A stretch of DNA of 64,000 nucleotides from assembly GCA_037447605.1 (NCBI GenBank), contig CM074809.1:4144689-4208688 (forward strand), read 5' to 3'. A program made the translations under genes and the position numbers. Below are positions 51,008 to 63,010 of this stretch, one piece after another. The notes under the pieces were generated by a model. The model made no database searches and was not told where the DNA came from. It worked only from the letters and a program-made list of their open reading frames with translations. This stretch comes from Zygnema circumcarinatum SAG 698-1b (taxonomy: Eukaryota > Plantae > Zygnematophyceae). The first letter of the stretch is position 1; each line of letters begins with the position of its first letter.

Positions 51008-51453
51008 TGTAACAAACCTGCCAACTGCAAGGTTTGAACACAAGACCTCCCGGTACCCACACCAGTGCTTTACCATTAAAAGGCAACCGCGGATGTAAGT
51101 ACTAGGCCATACAACACATGTATAGCGTTTCGCTACATTCCTCCCCACCTAAACCGGGCTCGTCCTCGAGCGCACTCAAGGGTTTTCACGAGCAGCATTC
51201 AAGCTCCTTCAACATACGGACTACAACCTTAGCCCCTCAGGCCACTAAGGGGGTTCCGTACCATGCTCAGAGATCACGGTGTTTTTAGGGTGGATTACAA
51301 ATACCGGGCACTGGCTCTGATACCAATGTAACATACCTCCCAGCTGAAAGGTTAGCAGACACTCTTTCCCGGCACCCCACCAGTGCTTTACCATTAAAAG
51401 GCAACCGCGGATGTAAATACTAGGCCATACAACACATGTATAGCGCCGCCACA
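51008..51453 (-). mobile_element. Complete TRIM (446 bp) with tRNA-like LTRs, inserted in the RNase H of A1
   Basis: LTRs 51008-51137 and 51327-51453. Met-i-type PBS TGGTATCAGAGCCA (51325-51312), PPT GGTGGGGAGGAA (51149-51138), TSD gctgg/gctcg. Removing it restores ..[17 protein letters not shown]. Confidence 0.9.
51031..51092 (-). promoter_or_regulatory. tRNA-like Pol III type-2 promoter module (A box/D-arm and B box) in the TRIM LTR
   Basis: Minus strand reads GCGGTTGC-CTTT-TAATGGT-AAAG-CA-CTGGT-gtgggt-ACCGG-GAGGTC-TTGT-GTTCAAACC: a 4-bp D-stem with TGG loop, an anticodon-like stem, and a GTTCRANNC B box. Confidence 0.65.
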
Positions 51454-52131
51454 GCTCGGTTCATCCTCCGCTTTCATAAGCCGTGGCTGGGCCCCTCCCC
51501 GTAAAACAGTACGCAGCCGGGGGCGCAACCCCCGGACAGTATCTAAAACCACCTCAAGGCGCTCGGTAGTCTCACAACACCAACGTGAAAAGTGCATGAG
51601 GGCGTGTTTGGTCCCCTCAAACGCCACCTGACATTCATCTGTCCAGGTGTAGCGAACTCCAGATTTTGTGAGATCTGTAAGTGGAGTAACTAGCTTGCTA
51701 AATCCTTGAATGAATTTACGGAAATAATTAGCAAAGCCCAAGAAGGAACGCAACTGATGCAGATCCTTAGGAACGGCCCAAGTGGCAACCGCCGCGCAAT
51801 TTTGCCCGGGTCAGGCTTGAGGCCGTCCGCTCCAAGGATATGTCCAAGGTAGAGCAACTCGCGCTGCATGAATTGACATTTCTTGCGTTTCGCATAAAAT
51901 GTGTGCCGGCGTAAGACCGACAACACATTGCGAACGTGGGTCAAGTGGTCCTGTTCGGATTTGCTGAAAACCAAAATGTCATCGAGGTAGACCAAGACGT
52001 AATCGTCCATGCTGGAGAACATCTCGTTCATCACAGACTGAAAGGTTGCCGGTGCATTTGTCAACCCAAAGGGCAGTACCTTGTATTGGAAATGACCAAT
52101 AGGCGTACGAAACGCAGTCTTNNNNNNNNNN

Positions 52132-55100
52132 GGCCGGAGGGGACCCGGGGCCCTCGGGGCCGCCACCTCCACCACCTGTCCCCCGGGACGAGGTGATGGA
52201 GGAGAACTCGGGGACTGCGGCCGTCCCTATGGAGGGGCCCAGTCCCGAGCCCACGGATGACCAAGGTCATCCGGTGACTGCTGCCCACCCTCCCGCGTCA
52301 CCGGAGCCGCTGGCTCCGGCGGAATCCGCCGATCCCATGATCGGGGCCCACATCACGGTGGGCGCGTCCCTGAAGATGAAGAAGAGGATCGACGAACTGG
52401 GAGCGGATGTAAGGCAGCAGCGCGTCGCCACCATGGCCTGCATTTGCGTGTGGATCTACATGGAGCTCACGGGTCCTACCGGGTGGACACGCTTTCTCCA
52501 ATGAGTTCCCGCTTACGCCCGGAGGACGAGGAAGGCATGCCCAACCCTCAGCCGAGGCAAGGCATAAAGAGTCCCGGGAAGCGGGTTAGGCAAACCACTC
52601 CCAGCCGCTCCCGCCCCGGACGCCCCAACTGCCGCTTGGCAAAATGCGTAGTAAGTCCCATCCCCCGCTTTTCCACGGGAAGTCACCGGGTGAAGTGTAA
52701 CCACCCAGCTGGGGACTCCCCGTCGGGGCAAGGGCCGCCGGGGCGGAGGAGATCCTACCCCTGACTCTCCCCAAGAATCCTTACCGAGGACGCCTGCACT
52801 AATCGGCCAAGGTGGCCCCTTTCCTTTTTGGGGCTTAACATCCTACCACCTGACCGCCGGGATTGAGCAAAGGGTTGGTCAAACGGCGGCTACCTTCCGG
52901 CGAACACTAACCTGCCCCTATCAGCGGGTAAGCTACACCAAAGACTTCAGAGGAGCCGTGACACCGCGTGTATGAGGGCCTCGGATGAGATTGGGATCTA
53001 TCGGGATAAGTTCGTAGATGAACTATCAAACACTTTGGGCCTTTGGATCCCGCTTGAGGCCCGATAAATTTCGTAACATGGTCCAAAACCGCAGCAGCCG
53101 GGCAAGCCACAGACTCATGCATGTTGGTGCCTCGTGGACACTACCTGGCCAAGCCCGACAGCCGGTTTTTTCCCACTTCAGAATGGCTTCGCCACACCCA
53201 AGGAAGCGTAGCCACTAACTAACCTACGTGACTTTTGAAAACCGCGGGACTTCAGCCGACCTCGGAAATGCACTTTGATGCAAACATTCATTGACACCGC
53301 AGCGAGCGTAGCCCTTCCCACCCCCGCAGAGGTCGCGACGTGACAGGTCGTGAAGGCGGACTCACCGCCAAAATGGCAAAGAAAGAACAGCTGGCGCCGG
53401 AAGTGGTCAGTCACCACCCAATCGCATCGCGTCACAGGTTGACTCAGCAGGAATGGAGAAGATGCGCCGAGAACAGTACTAGCCGCCAAGAAGGAGGGGC
53501 AATAGGCCCGGATTGCCCTCTCAACACCAAGGACAGAAGGGCAGTGGGCCGAAAAGCCCCAACCCACCGCCAGCCCAGTGGGTCGCTAAGCCGTGGACAT
53601 GCTAGAAGTTAGGGGAGGGATGGAGACCGGCCACGTGTCTAGGGACATTTGCTTTCTGTAACCTCGGACATTCTTAAATTGGTTGGCGTGCCTTTGGGAA
53701 TGCACGACTTTCAGGTTTGACGCATTCCCCGCTTCCATTTCCTCCCCGCCAATCGTAGTGACTCCTCTCGGCTTATGGATGTAAAGGGGATTTAATGGTG
53801 ATTGGCATGTCTTTATCCTCAATGCCATGGGCAATGATGTTCTCGCGGCAATGTGCCATGGATTTTTGCATGTCACGGGAAACACCTCCCATGTCTCTGG
53901 GCCGCATGTGCCGGGTCCTCAAGACACGGGTGTCACAGACCTTTCCCAACGCCACTTGGCGGTTGGTGAAACAGTTGAGGAAAGGGCACACGTTGGTGCA
54001 AGAGATGGAAGGATCCACCAGCTTGCTGGTTGGCTCACCCTACACATAGGTGAGGAGGACGACTCGTCCTCAACCTACGCATATAGTGCGATCTATGTTC
54101 CACCTTGCCCATCGTGCCATGACCTTCATCGGATCAGCCAATGGTCACCCAGCAGTTCTACTGCTAGATACTGGGGCAGATGCTAACTTTGTTAGTTCTG
54201 CGTTCACCCAGAGGTTTAAGTTGACCACAGATCCCCATTCGGAAAGTGTTACTTTCGGGGATGGACGCAAGGGCCAGATCTCTGGTAGCGTCACACTCAA
54301 GATCAAGCTCCAAACCTACTCCGGGGCAGTCAAGTGTCTTCTAACACAACTGGCCCCTGGTACTGATGTTATTTTTGGGGAGTGCTTGGTTAACCATGGT
54401 CAAGGCACAAATGGACTTTTTCGGCCCCACATTGCATTCTCGCGACACCGTGGCGCGGCTTACCGCACTCCCCGGGCAGTATTACACATCCTCTCGGGCC
54501 AAGGCCAAGCAGCCCGCTACTCCTTTATCTCGCGCTCAGCCTATGCAATTGGCCAGCAAAGTATGAGGATGCACCTGTTCATGTGCATGTCATGACAACC
54601 ACCGAGGATGTTCACGATCTAAGATCAGATCGGCAGATCACATCCACTGATGTGCTCTCGGCTGTTCTATCCCAGATCCAACCTCTGTTGGATGAATTCA
54701 GGGATGTCTTCCCTGATGACCTTCCAAGAGGGTTGCCCCCATCGAGAGGGGTGGGGCACACAATCCCTCTTGAGCCTGAGCAAAAGCCGCCTTGGTGGCC
54801 GATCTATCGGTTAAGCCTGAAAGAAACCGAGGAGATGCGCAAAGAATTGGCAATCCTTTACGCGACACAAGGGTCGATAGAACTCCAGCCTCGTGAGCCC
54901 CCTTTGGGGCCTATCTTGTTTGTTGGGAAAAAAATGGCTCGCTGTGCATCGACATCGCGGCACTCAACAAGATCACCGTAAAGAACGATTTGCTTTACCA
55001 CGACGATGATCTGTTGGATCGCCTTCTTCCAAAGTGTTCACATCACTCGATCTTGCTCGTGGGTATCATCGCATCCGCCACTTTTAAGCCGATGTGCCAA

Positions 55101-57997
55101 AATCGCCCGACGCCGATCGTCATTTCCAATATAAGGTGCTGCCCTCGATTGACTAATGCTCCGCAACTTTCCAGGTCAGCTATGAACGGTGATGTTCATC
55201 GGTACGACGAGTTTGTTTTGCTTACCTCGATGATATCCTTCTTTGTCTCAAGAAGACTAGGAGGAACATCTTGAACACGCTCGAAGTGTTTGAGACCGAG
55301 GAAACACCGCTTTATGCCAAGAGTAGGGGCTGAAGTGTCACTTCATGCACATGAAGTCGCTTTTATTATCTTGGGTATATTCTCAATGATCGTGGTCTTT
55401 TGATCTCTCATCCCGGCCAAAGTTTCCACGCAGAGAAACTTGGGCACCACCGACCCACTTGCACCGCTTGAGGCCTTTTCTCGGCTTTGCTAATTATTTT
55501 CAGAAGTTCATCCGGGCGGTTTAGTAAGTTGGTTACCTTGACTAATTTGGACACGCTCCGTGTCCTTTACATGGACCCTCAACGCCAGCGTGATGCACTG
55601 GCGGTGTGCGCTTATTTAATTTGTTAATGCGACTCCACTCTCCGCTAATGACCCGCCCAAACCTTATGAAGTGGTTTGTGATGCTGATTCGCCTTGGGTG
55701 CCGCTTTGTTCAAGATGGTCAACCTCTGGCAGTATGAAAGTCGCGAAATGAATCCCGCCGAGTTAGAACTATTCTCGCAGAATCCAACAGAACCGCCACA
55801 GAAGGGTCCACGCTCGGAGGACATGGCGGTATATTTAGGAGGGGGCTTAAAGCGGTCACGCTAGCCATCACCAATCGGCCACGACGCTTCTACCCAAATG
55901 TGCACTGCCTAGCAAGTTGTGCACGGCCGGTTCCGCTCCTCCAAAGGTTTGATCGCCAAGTAATACCGGCCCAAGGCCGAATGTAGCAGACCATCGGTAG
56001 GCAGCCTCGCATCTTGCCCGATGGTGCGCCGCTGACCTCGAAAGTGTTGGTGGAACGAGATGACAGAGGTGAGGGGCCGGCCAACCCCGAGTCTCCGTCT
56101 CCAGTATGCTTTGTCATAGATCCCTCCACCAGTGACGCAGTCGACCCTCCTGCTCTCTCTGATCTCAGACGGATGATTCAGGAGGGGTATACTGGTGATC
56201 CTTTGTTCTTGGATGGCTAAGGTAATGGCTATAAGGACAAAGTGGTGTCTAGACGGATTTTGCACCACGGCCAGCGCTGGTCGCCTACCGGACCGCACGG
56301 GCAGCCATTCTCGGTGAGCTACATGATCCTCCGTATCGCAGGTCATACGGGAGTTGCCAAAACCCGTGAGGTAATCAAGCCCGGTGAGTTCCCCGCAGGC
56401 CCGGACTCGGTGACGCGGAAAGCCGCATGTACTGCCATTCAACTTGTCAATCTAAACAAACCTCAAGACCGGCAGTGATCCTCGGCCGGGTCGCGAACCC
56501 CCTCACACCTCTTCGAAATGGGACGTTGTGGGTATGGACTTGATCACAGATCTTCCTGTGACACCTCGAGGGCATGACTCCGTCCTCGTCTTTGTCGATC
56601 GGCTCAACAAGATGGTGCATTTTGCACCAACTACTAAGACAGCTGGGGCCGACGAGATTGCACGGTTGTATGTTGACAAGGTGTGGAGCCAGCATGGTCT
56701 GCAGTCAGAAATTGTGTCTGACCGCGATCCACGATTCACCGCCATTTTGACGGAAGTGCTCAAATCGTCGGGACCAAGGTGCGCTGAGCATGGCCTTTCC
56801 ACCCGCGAAACCGGAGCGGCCGTACGAATCCGTGAACAGATCCTCGAGGATTACCTCCCAAGTATTATGTGGGACCCCTCGATGGGTGGGATCTAATCGC
56901 CCCAATGGCGTAGCACGCCATCAATAATGCTTTCCGTGAGTCCATCGTACTCACCCCTTTCTTCTGAACTTTGCCAAAGATCCTCTAAATCCCTTTTAAC
57001 CAAGGGATCAGCCCTCTCATCCGCGGGAACATGGGCGCCCACGTAACCCCCGATCCTTGGAAGCCGAGAGGACCGGAGGGACTAACCTCCCGCGAATAGA
57101 TCTTTTGTCCCGCCACGTCCGAGGCGCCAGAGGGCACTAGACCAAGTACGCCCGGGCCGCCGACAAAGGCCTGAGGCCGATCGTCATCAGACTCAACTCC
57201 ACCTTCAACGGCTATGAGGTGCTGCTGGCACGCGAACTTGAGACTCAAAGCTTATGGCTTTAACACGAGCCGTGGCCCCGCTTCATCGGACCTTTCAGGG
57301 TCGGGAAGCGAATCAATGATGTCGCTTACAGGTTGNATTTACCATCCCACATGAAGGTGCATCCGGTCTTTCATGTGGGTTTGCTAAAGGTCTACCGTAG
57401 CGATGGGAGGATCCAGCCACCTCCCCCACCAGTGGAGCTTGAGGGTGAACTTGAGTACGAAGTTGAAACCATTCAAGCCCACCGTCTTGTGAGAAAAGGT
57501 CGATCTTCCCGTCACGAATACCTCGTGAAATGGTTGGGCTATGGGGTTGAACATAGCACATGGGAAGCCGAGGGCAACTTAACCAATTGCCAGGAGCTCA
57601 TCAACTTGTACTGGGAGGCGCAGGCCGCAGGAGAGCGGGCGAGGGCGTGCTCGGGGGTTCTCGAGCCGCCCCTCAAGAATTCCTGAGAAAGTGGACTTGA
57701 CCGATTATCAGCTGAGTTCTCCCTTTGCTATCACGAGTTCGGACATCGCGTCGTTGAAACTACGAAGCCGCCTTTTACTACTCCTACACACGCGGAATCC
57801 AGGGCTGCTCACATTCTCAATAGGGGAGTAATGCAATGAACGCTACAAATACCCCAAGGGGCGTCACTTAGGGCCCGGCGTGGCTTTATGTTTCCATCCA
57901 ATGCGGTACCTAACGGTTAGGGCATCGGATACCCTATAGGACCACGGAGGTCCTGGGTTCGAACCGTAAGAACTGGTTCACACGTGGGGGCACTACA
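52132..57997 (+). mobile_element. Chromovirus-type Ty3/gypsy element A2 inserted at the start of the A1 RT (5' LTR lost in the gap)
   Basis: Gag about 52200-54000, protease LLDTGADANFVS about 54160, frameshifted RT/RNase H 54700-55900, integrase (GMDLITDLPVT..VSDRDPRF) 56500-56950, intact chromodomain YEVETIQAHR..YLVKWLGYGVEHSTWEAEGNL 57460-57600, purine tract 57822-57828, putative 3' LTR 57832-57997 ending ACA. Confidence 0.85.
57903..57965 (+). promoter_or_regulatory. tRNA-like A/B-box module in the putative 3' LTR of A2
   Basis: GCGG-TACCTAACGGTTAGGGCA-TCGG..CGGAGGTCCTG-GGTTCGAACC, with a perfect B box at 57956-57965. Colinear with the TRIM LTR module. Confidence 0.65.
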
Positions 57998-60900
57998 TAG
58001 TCACGGTGCGCCCCACACCAGCAGCCAAGGTCCCCTCCTCGACTTAAGGGAGGATTGGGGACTATCGGCACCACGACCAACTGTCCGCCGATAGATCTCG
58101 GGTCATGCCCTATCCCCTTTTTGAATTGCTCGTCTGCATAATTACGGGTACCCGCTGGTAACGGACGAAATGACACGAACTCAAGGCCAAGGCTGTAGGA
58201 TCCGACCGTAGACCGACAGACGGCGCGCTAGCTGTTGCCGGGCAAGCGTACCGAATGCGCGGTGAGCGCCAGATGCTAGACACCTCAATTCATTCGGAAA
58301 GTCGAGAGGGACACGTGGCAGCCAGCCATTGGATGCCTCGCCTCCAACTCCTACGCCGGGTAGAGGTTCAACGGGAAGCGTGAAGGGGCGCAGGGTGACT
58401 GCCGTCACCAACCAACGCATCGGCATTCGGGGTTGCACCCCTCGCCATTGCGCCACCCTCCGGCTCTCTCACGCCGCCTCTCGGCCAACTCGAGTGCCGT
58501 GTGTGATTCCGCCGCTGCATCGGCGAGGCGTTTTTCGGGCCTGTTACAATCGCTATGTACGCATCTTCGATTTCATCACGAGGCGCGATGTGAAGAGTAC
58601 ACAACCCGGCCACGCCAGCTTACTCGCGATGGCGGAGCAATGGCAGCGCCACATCTGGATGGAGGGGGAACAACCGCGGTATACCTCGTAGTGGCAGGAT
58701 CTTCGCCGAGCCATCATAACCACGCAGTTTTGGAACTGCAAAATCCATCATGGCCCGGACGGACTGCAACCAATGACTGCCTAAAATCAAGTCAATGCCC
58801 GGAGTCAGAATTGTGACCAAGCACCGAATCTGCCCGGAAAAAGATTGAATTCGCAATCGAGTAGTCACGCAACCGAGGATCTGCCCTTTACGACCATCGC
58901 CGAACGTGACTGTATCGGAGCGGTCTGCAAGTACCATGGAAGCCATCTTAACAAACGAAGAGTTCGTAAAATTATCGCCAAATACCAATCGAATAGGGCG
59001 GCGACAAAGCCCATCTTCCACAACCCCGGTAAAGGTCATGGCACAAAGGGGACCGCATTAAACATGGATTCGAAAGTACAACCAACGATCGGACGCCATT
59101 GCAGCCAGCGACGTGAACTAAGCGCAGCAAGAGGTGGATGCGTCCCGAAGTCGCCCCAACAAGCACCAACGGGTGACCCTCCGGCCAAATCCATACCACC
59201 TTCCAATGGGCGTGGCCGAAACAAGTTATGGGGACGTGTTGCGGGAGCAAGACGTGCACCGCAGACACGAGCATTGAAGTGCGCCCCCGTCGGAAGGCAT
59301 CAAGGACACTATCAAACAGATCGGTAGCCCCGGTAGGGTTCAGAATCCAGATTTCAGCAGGGTCATCCCATTGCGCAACAGCAAACTCAAGAGAGGTCAT
59401 TCGGGTGGAGAGAGAGAACAAATAGTCATTCAGATATTCCGGGCAATGCAAGACGAAAATATCTGATGCAAGGGGCTGCCGTCCCATAATATTCAATAAA
59501 TCATCGAAGGTGCGAACAGGACCTGAGCGCGCCCAACAAACTACCTCCCCACCACTACCACCGCCACAACCTCTAGATCAGTAACTGCTTTCCCACCGTG
59601 AGTTTGTCGACCCAGAGATGGCCGATGAGCCGTATGCCCCGCCTGCCGTACCGGCAGAAAGCATCGCCTCCTTCTTGGAGCCTCGCCGCCTCTTTGGGAC
59701 GCCGCCTGGGGACTTCGCCACCAAGGGCCGAAGTTGGTGCATCCTCAGACGCTAAGCCCTTGCCCACTGCCTTCCGAAGGGTGGGGGTCTCCTCCGCCGC
59801 AGGCGCAGTTGGAGCCGTGAGGGTACAGGGACCAAGTCCCACGCCAAGGGTCTGCCGCTACGGCCCGCGCGTCCGCGTTCACAGCGGCCGCATAAAACAA
59901 ATCTGCGTCCGCAGCCACCCAGGGCTTAGAAGTAGCGGGATTGAGCAACAGTTGGTTAGCAATGTGAGGTTTCAACCCCATGGAGAACCTCAGAACTGCT
60001 TCAACCTTTCCTCGAGGGGTGTCACTTAGTAATCGTGGATACCGTGTCTCGGGTAGCCGCGAGAACCTAAGCACGCTGCTCGCTCGCACTGTGAGTGGTA
60101 TACTTCCTCCGGGCCGACCCTCCAAGTCAATGAGCACGCCAAAGTGCTTGTTCACTTCGGTTTCAAACCGGTACCAACCGCCAGATGCCGGCCCGGTTGG
60201 AGAGAACACGCTAAAGCCCGCTCATGGGAGTATAGGGTACTGTAGTTCACCTTACCTCCGTGGCGCGGCTGGTCGCGAAAGGTAACCCTTGGTTCGGGCC
60301 GACCGCTTCAAACGGGCGCCAGAGTCAAGGTCGCTCACCCCACAATGAAATGGGTGGGACCTTGGCGCGGTTGCGCAAACCCCAGTCAATGGGTGGCGCA
60401 ATCGCCTGCGGGGCCAAGGCCACCGGGCCCGTCCCCCCCGCAGGTGTATCGGGTGGGGTATCCCCCACGACGGGGAGGATGACCCCATCGGATATTGCAG
60501 GAGCCCCTACCCGTGGGGCAGGTGGGTCGCCGGCCGGCACCCCCGGAGGTGGGCCGGCCGGGAGGGGAGGGGGAGGTACCACCGGCAACGAGTTCACAGA
60601 GGTGGCACCCCCAAGTGACCCCTGAGGAGGACCAGCTCACTCAAGTGAGGGGCTGACCCTCGTTCACGCATGTCCCCGCCTCCGCCGCAGGTCCTGCCAG
60701 AAGTCGTCCCTTTGGGGTCCTCCCCGGCGGCGCTTGCTTCGCCCGCGACCGCCAGAGGAGCTCCAACGGTGTGAGTTGCCGCCTGTGCGTCGCTTCCGGC
60801 CATCTCCGAGCGCTCTAACGCTAGAGCAATGTTCAGCCTCGGCCACGGAGTCGTCCGCAAGTGCTTCACCCGGGCGCCAAAGTCCTCGTGGCCGAGGAGG

Positions 60901-63010
60901 GTCCGCCGAAGTCCTCCCAGCCGTCTGCTCGCCGACGTGGCCTCGCTACGCTTCAGGTCGCGGACGGGAGTCTCCCTACCAGGAACATGTTTCCCCAGGC
61001 CCGCCACCTGCTAGCAAATCCGCACCGTGGGGAGGTGGGGGAGGAAGGGGACCGGCGGTGTACGACGGCAGTCAAGTCCCCGCCAGACCATGGTGGGAGC
61101 TGTGACGTACCAGAGATCAAGAAAATGGCTCGAGCAATTAATGTAATGGAAGTCAGAAACTCGTCTCATGGGTCACGAGAGTCGTGGAGGTAGAGGGAAG
61201 AGAGAGGGAGAAGCTTGCTTCCTGATTGAATGCCGCCGATTCGCCCCTCATAATGCCACGAACCCTCTACCAAGATGAGGACCCGGAAGAGGCCCACCAT
61301 CGGGCGCAGTCGCTGGTTGTAGTCTGCGGGCGGACGCCATGGAGTGGAGGAGGTCGTACGCTACCGAGTCGTCAAGTACAGGTTCGGGCGGCCGTTTCAG
61401 ATATAATGGCGCTGGCCAGTGATATCACGCGCGTATGGCGACGCGACGGGACACTAAGCTGGGCGCCCGCCGAGCAAGGCGGCGCTACACCAGATGTCCT
61501 GGAAGATGTCGGAACCGCGCCCGATTCTCCGGACCGGATCGGCTCTGGGTGACGACAAAACCGCGCGGAGATCTTCCGCGGGTGCGCCGTAGGGCGCCTC
61601 GCGGGTCGTAGCGCTTCGCTACAACAGCAGGTAAGCGTGAAGACCGTGGAGGATGACCGCCACCATCCGCTTCCAAATTGCAAGGCAAGAGTCACAACGC
61701 ACGCATCCTTGACCGTTTGTATGGTACGTTCTGCAAGCCCATTCTGCCAGGGGGAGTAGGGGCTAGAGGTGCGGTGAATGATGCGGAAGTCCTGCATGAG
61801 TTTGGCAAACGCCCCCTTGTATTCGGTGCCATTGTCAGAGTGGACAGAGTAGGGGAGAGAGTGACGGTGAATGATGGCCGTCAGGAGGCGGGCAGAGTGG
61901 ACTGAATGCTTAGATTCTGTCGCGTGAACTTCCACCCACTTGGTGTATCTGTCCACGGCTAGGAAGACCCGAATGTAGCCAGAGGGGGTGCCGAGCTGGG
62001 GGATAGAAAAGGTGTCGATGTTCCAATCTTCGGCAACGCCTCGGATCGGGATCTCACCCATCTCTAGGGGTTGGCGTCGGGGGGAGCAGAGCGCTTGCCG
62101 CGTTGGCAACGGGTGCAGGTTTCGACGTATCGGCTCACTGCGCCATGGAGTCCGGGCCAGTAATAGCGCTCCTGCAGCATGGCGACCATCTTCTTCTGGC
62201 CAAGGTGGAATCCGGCAGGCTGGGCATCGTGGGCGACATCCAGGATCTCCATGCGCTCGTTGGGGAAAGGAACAGGAAGGCCGGAGGGGAGGTAGAGAAT
62301 CTGTCCTTCATCATCGACAGAGAAGTTCCGAGCGCGGCGGAGCAGCCGAGCCCTCTCGGTATCCGTGATAAAAGGGGGCAGCGTGCGAGTCATGACGTAG
62401 CGCAGAAGAGAGGAGTCAGAATGGACGTCATTGGCGCTGGGGAAATGGGGAGGAAGAAAAGGAGCTTCGCCATCGTCATCCATGAGGAGTTCCCACGGAT
62501 CTGCATGGGGGTGGCCGTGGGTGAAGTCAGGGTCCTGCCAGCGATGGAGGGTGGTGGCCGTGGCCGGAATATCGATCAGCCCATCCGCGAATATGACATC
62601 ATGCAGGTCTTGATCTGCAATAAAAATCTCGATGGGAAGATGCTCAGNNNNNNNNNNCAGCAGGATCGGGCTCAACACCCAATGCGTTTGTTACGGAAGG
62701 GGAGTCCATGGGGTGCAGATGGATAGGCGGACGTTGCAGGATGGTATAAGCGGGTGAAGGAGGTGGAGGCGGGCAAAAGGGAGCCGGAGTTCTTGGTGGT
62801 GTGTGAGTAGCCGGGAGCATGTCCATGAAGGTGATCTCTGCAGGTGAGCTCCCTGCAGCTGCCTCTTTCCCCTTTCGGGCCTTCTCACTTGAGAGTCTCC
62901 GCATGCATACACGGGCATCATGTCCCATGATCTGGCAGAAGGTGCAGGTCCATGGTCCACAACGCAGCCGCGGATTGTGATTCAAGCCGCAAGCAAGGCA
63001 NNNNNNNNNN

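Larger units (their letters stand above)
48386..61623 (-). mobile_element. Chromovirus-type Ty3/gypsy element A1 with both LTRs, degenerate
   Basis: LTRs 48386-48889 and 61142-61623 (TG..CA), TSD acaga/acagc, PPT complement ctccccccc just inside the left LTR. Gag about 60900-59500, protease (VTFGDGRKGQILG) about 59040-58700, RT (YLDDILVFS) 52120-51700, RNase H, integrase 50400-49700, decayed chromodomain about 49300-49150. Confidence 0.85.
46990..63010. other. Assembly gaps (10 N each) at 46990-46999, 52122-52131, 62648-62657 and 63001-63010; single N at 57336
   Basis: Seen directly. True gap sizes are unknown. Confidence 0.99.

Noticed and set aside
57903-57975. Functional tRNA gene
   Set aside because: Acceptor and anticodon stems do not pair; treated as a tRNA-derived LTR module.
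57900-60900. Separate DIRS-like or third independent retroelement
   Set aside because: It is the gag-protease half of A1, continuous in strand and gene order with the RT-RH-IN at 52120-49100; no tyrosine recombinase is seen.
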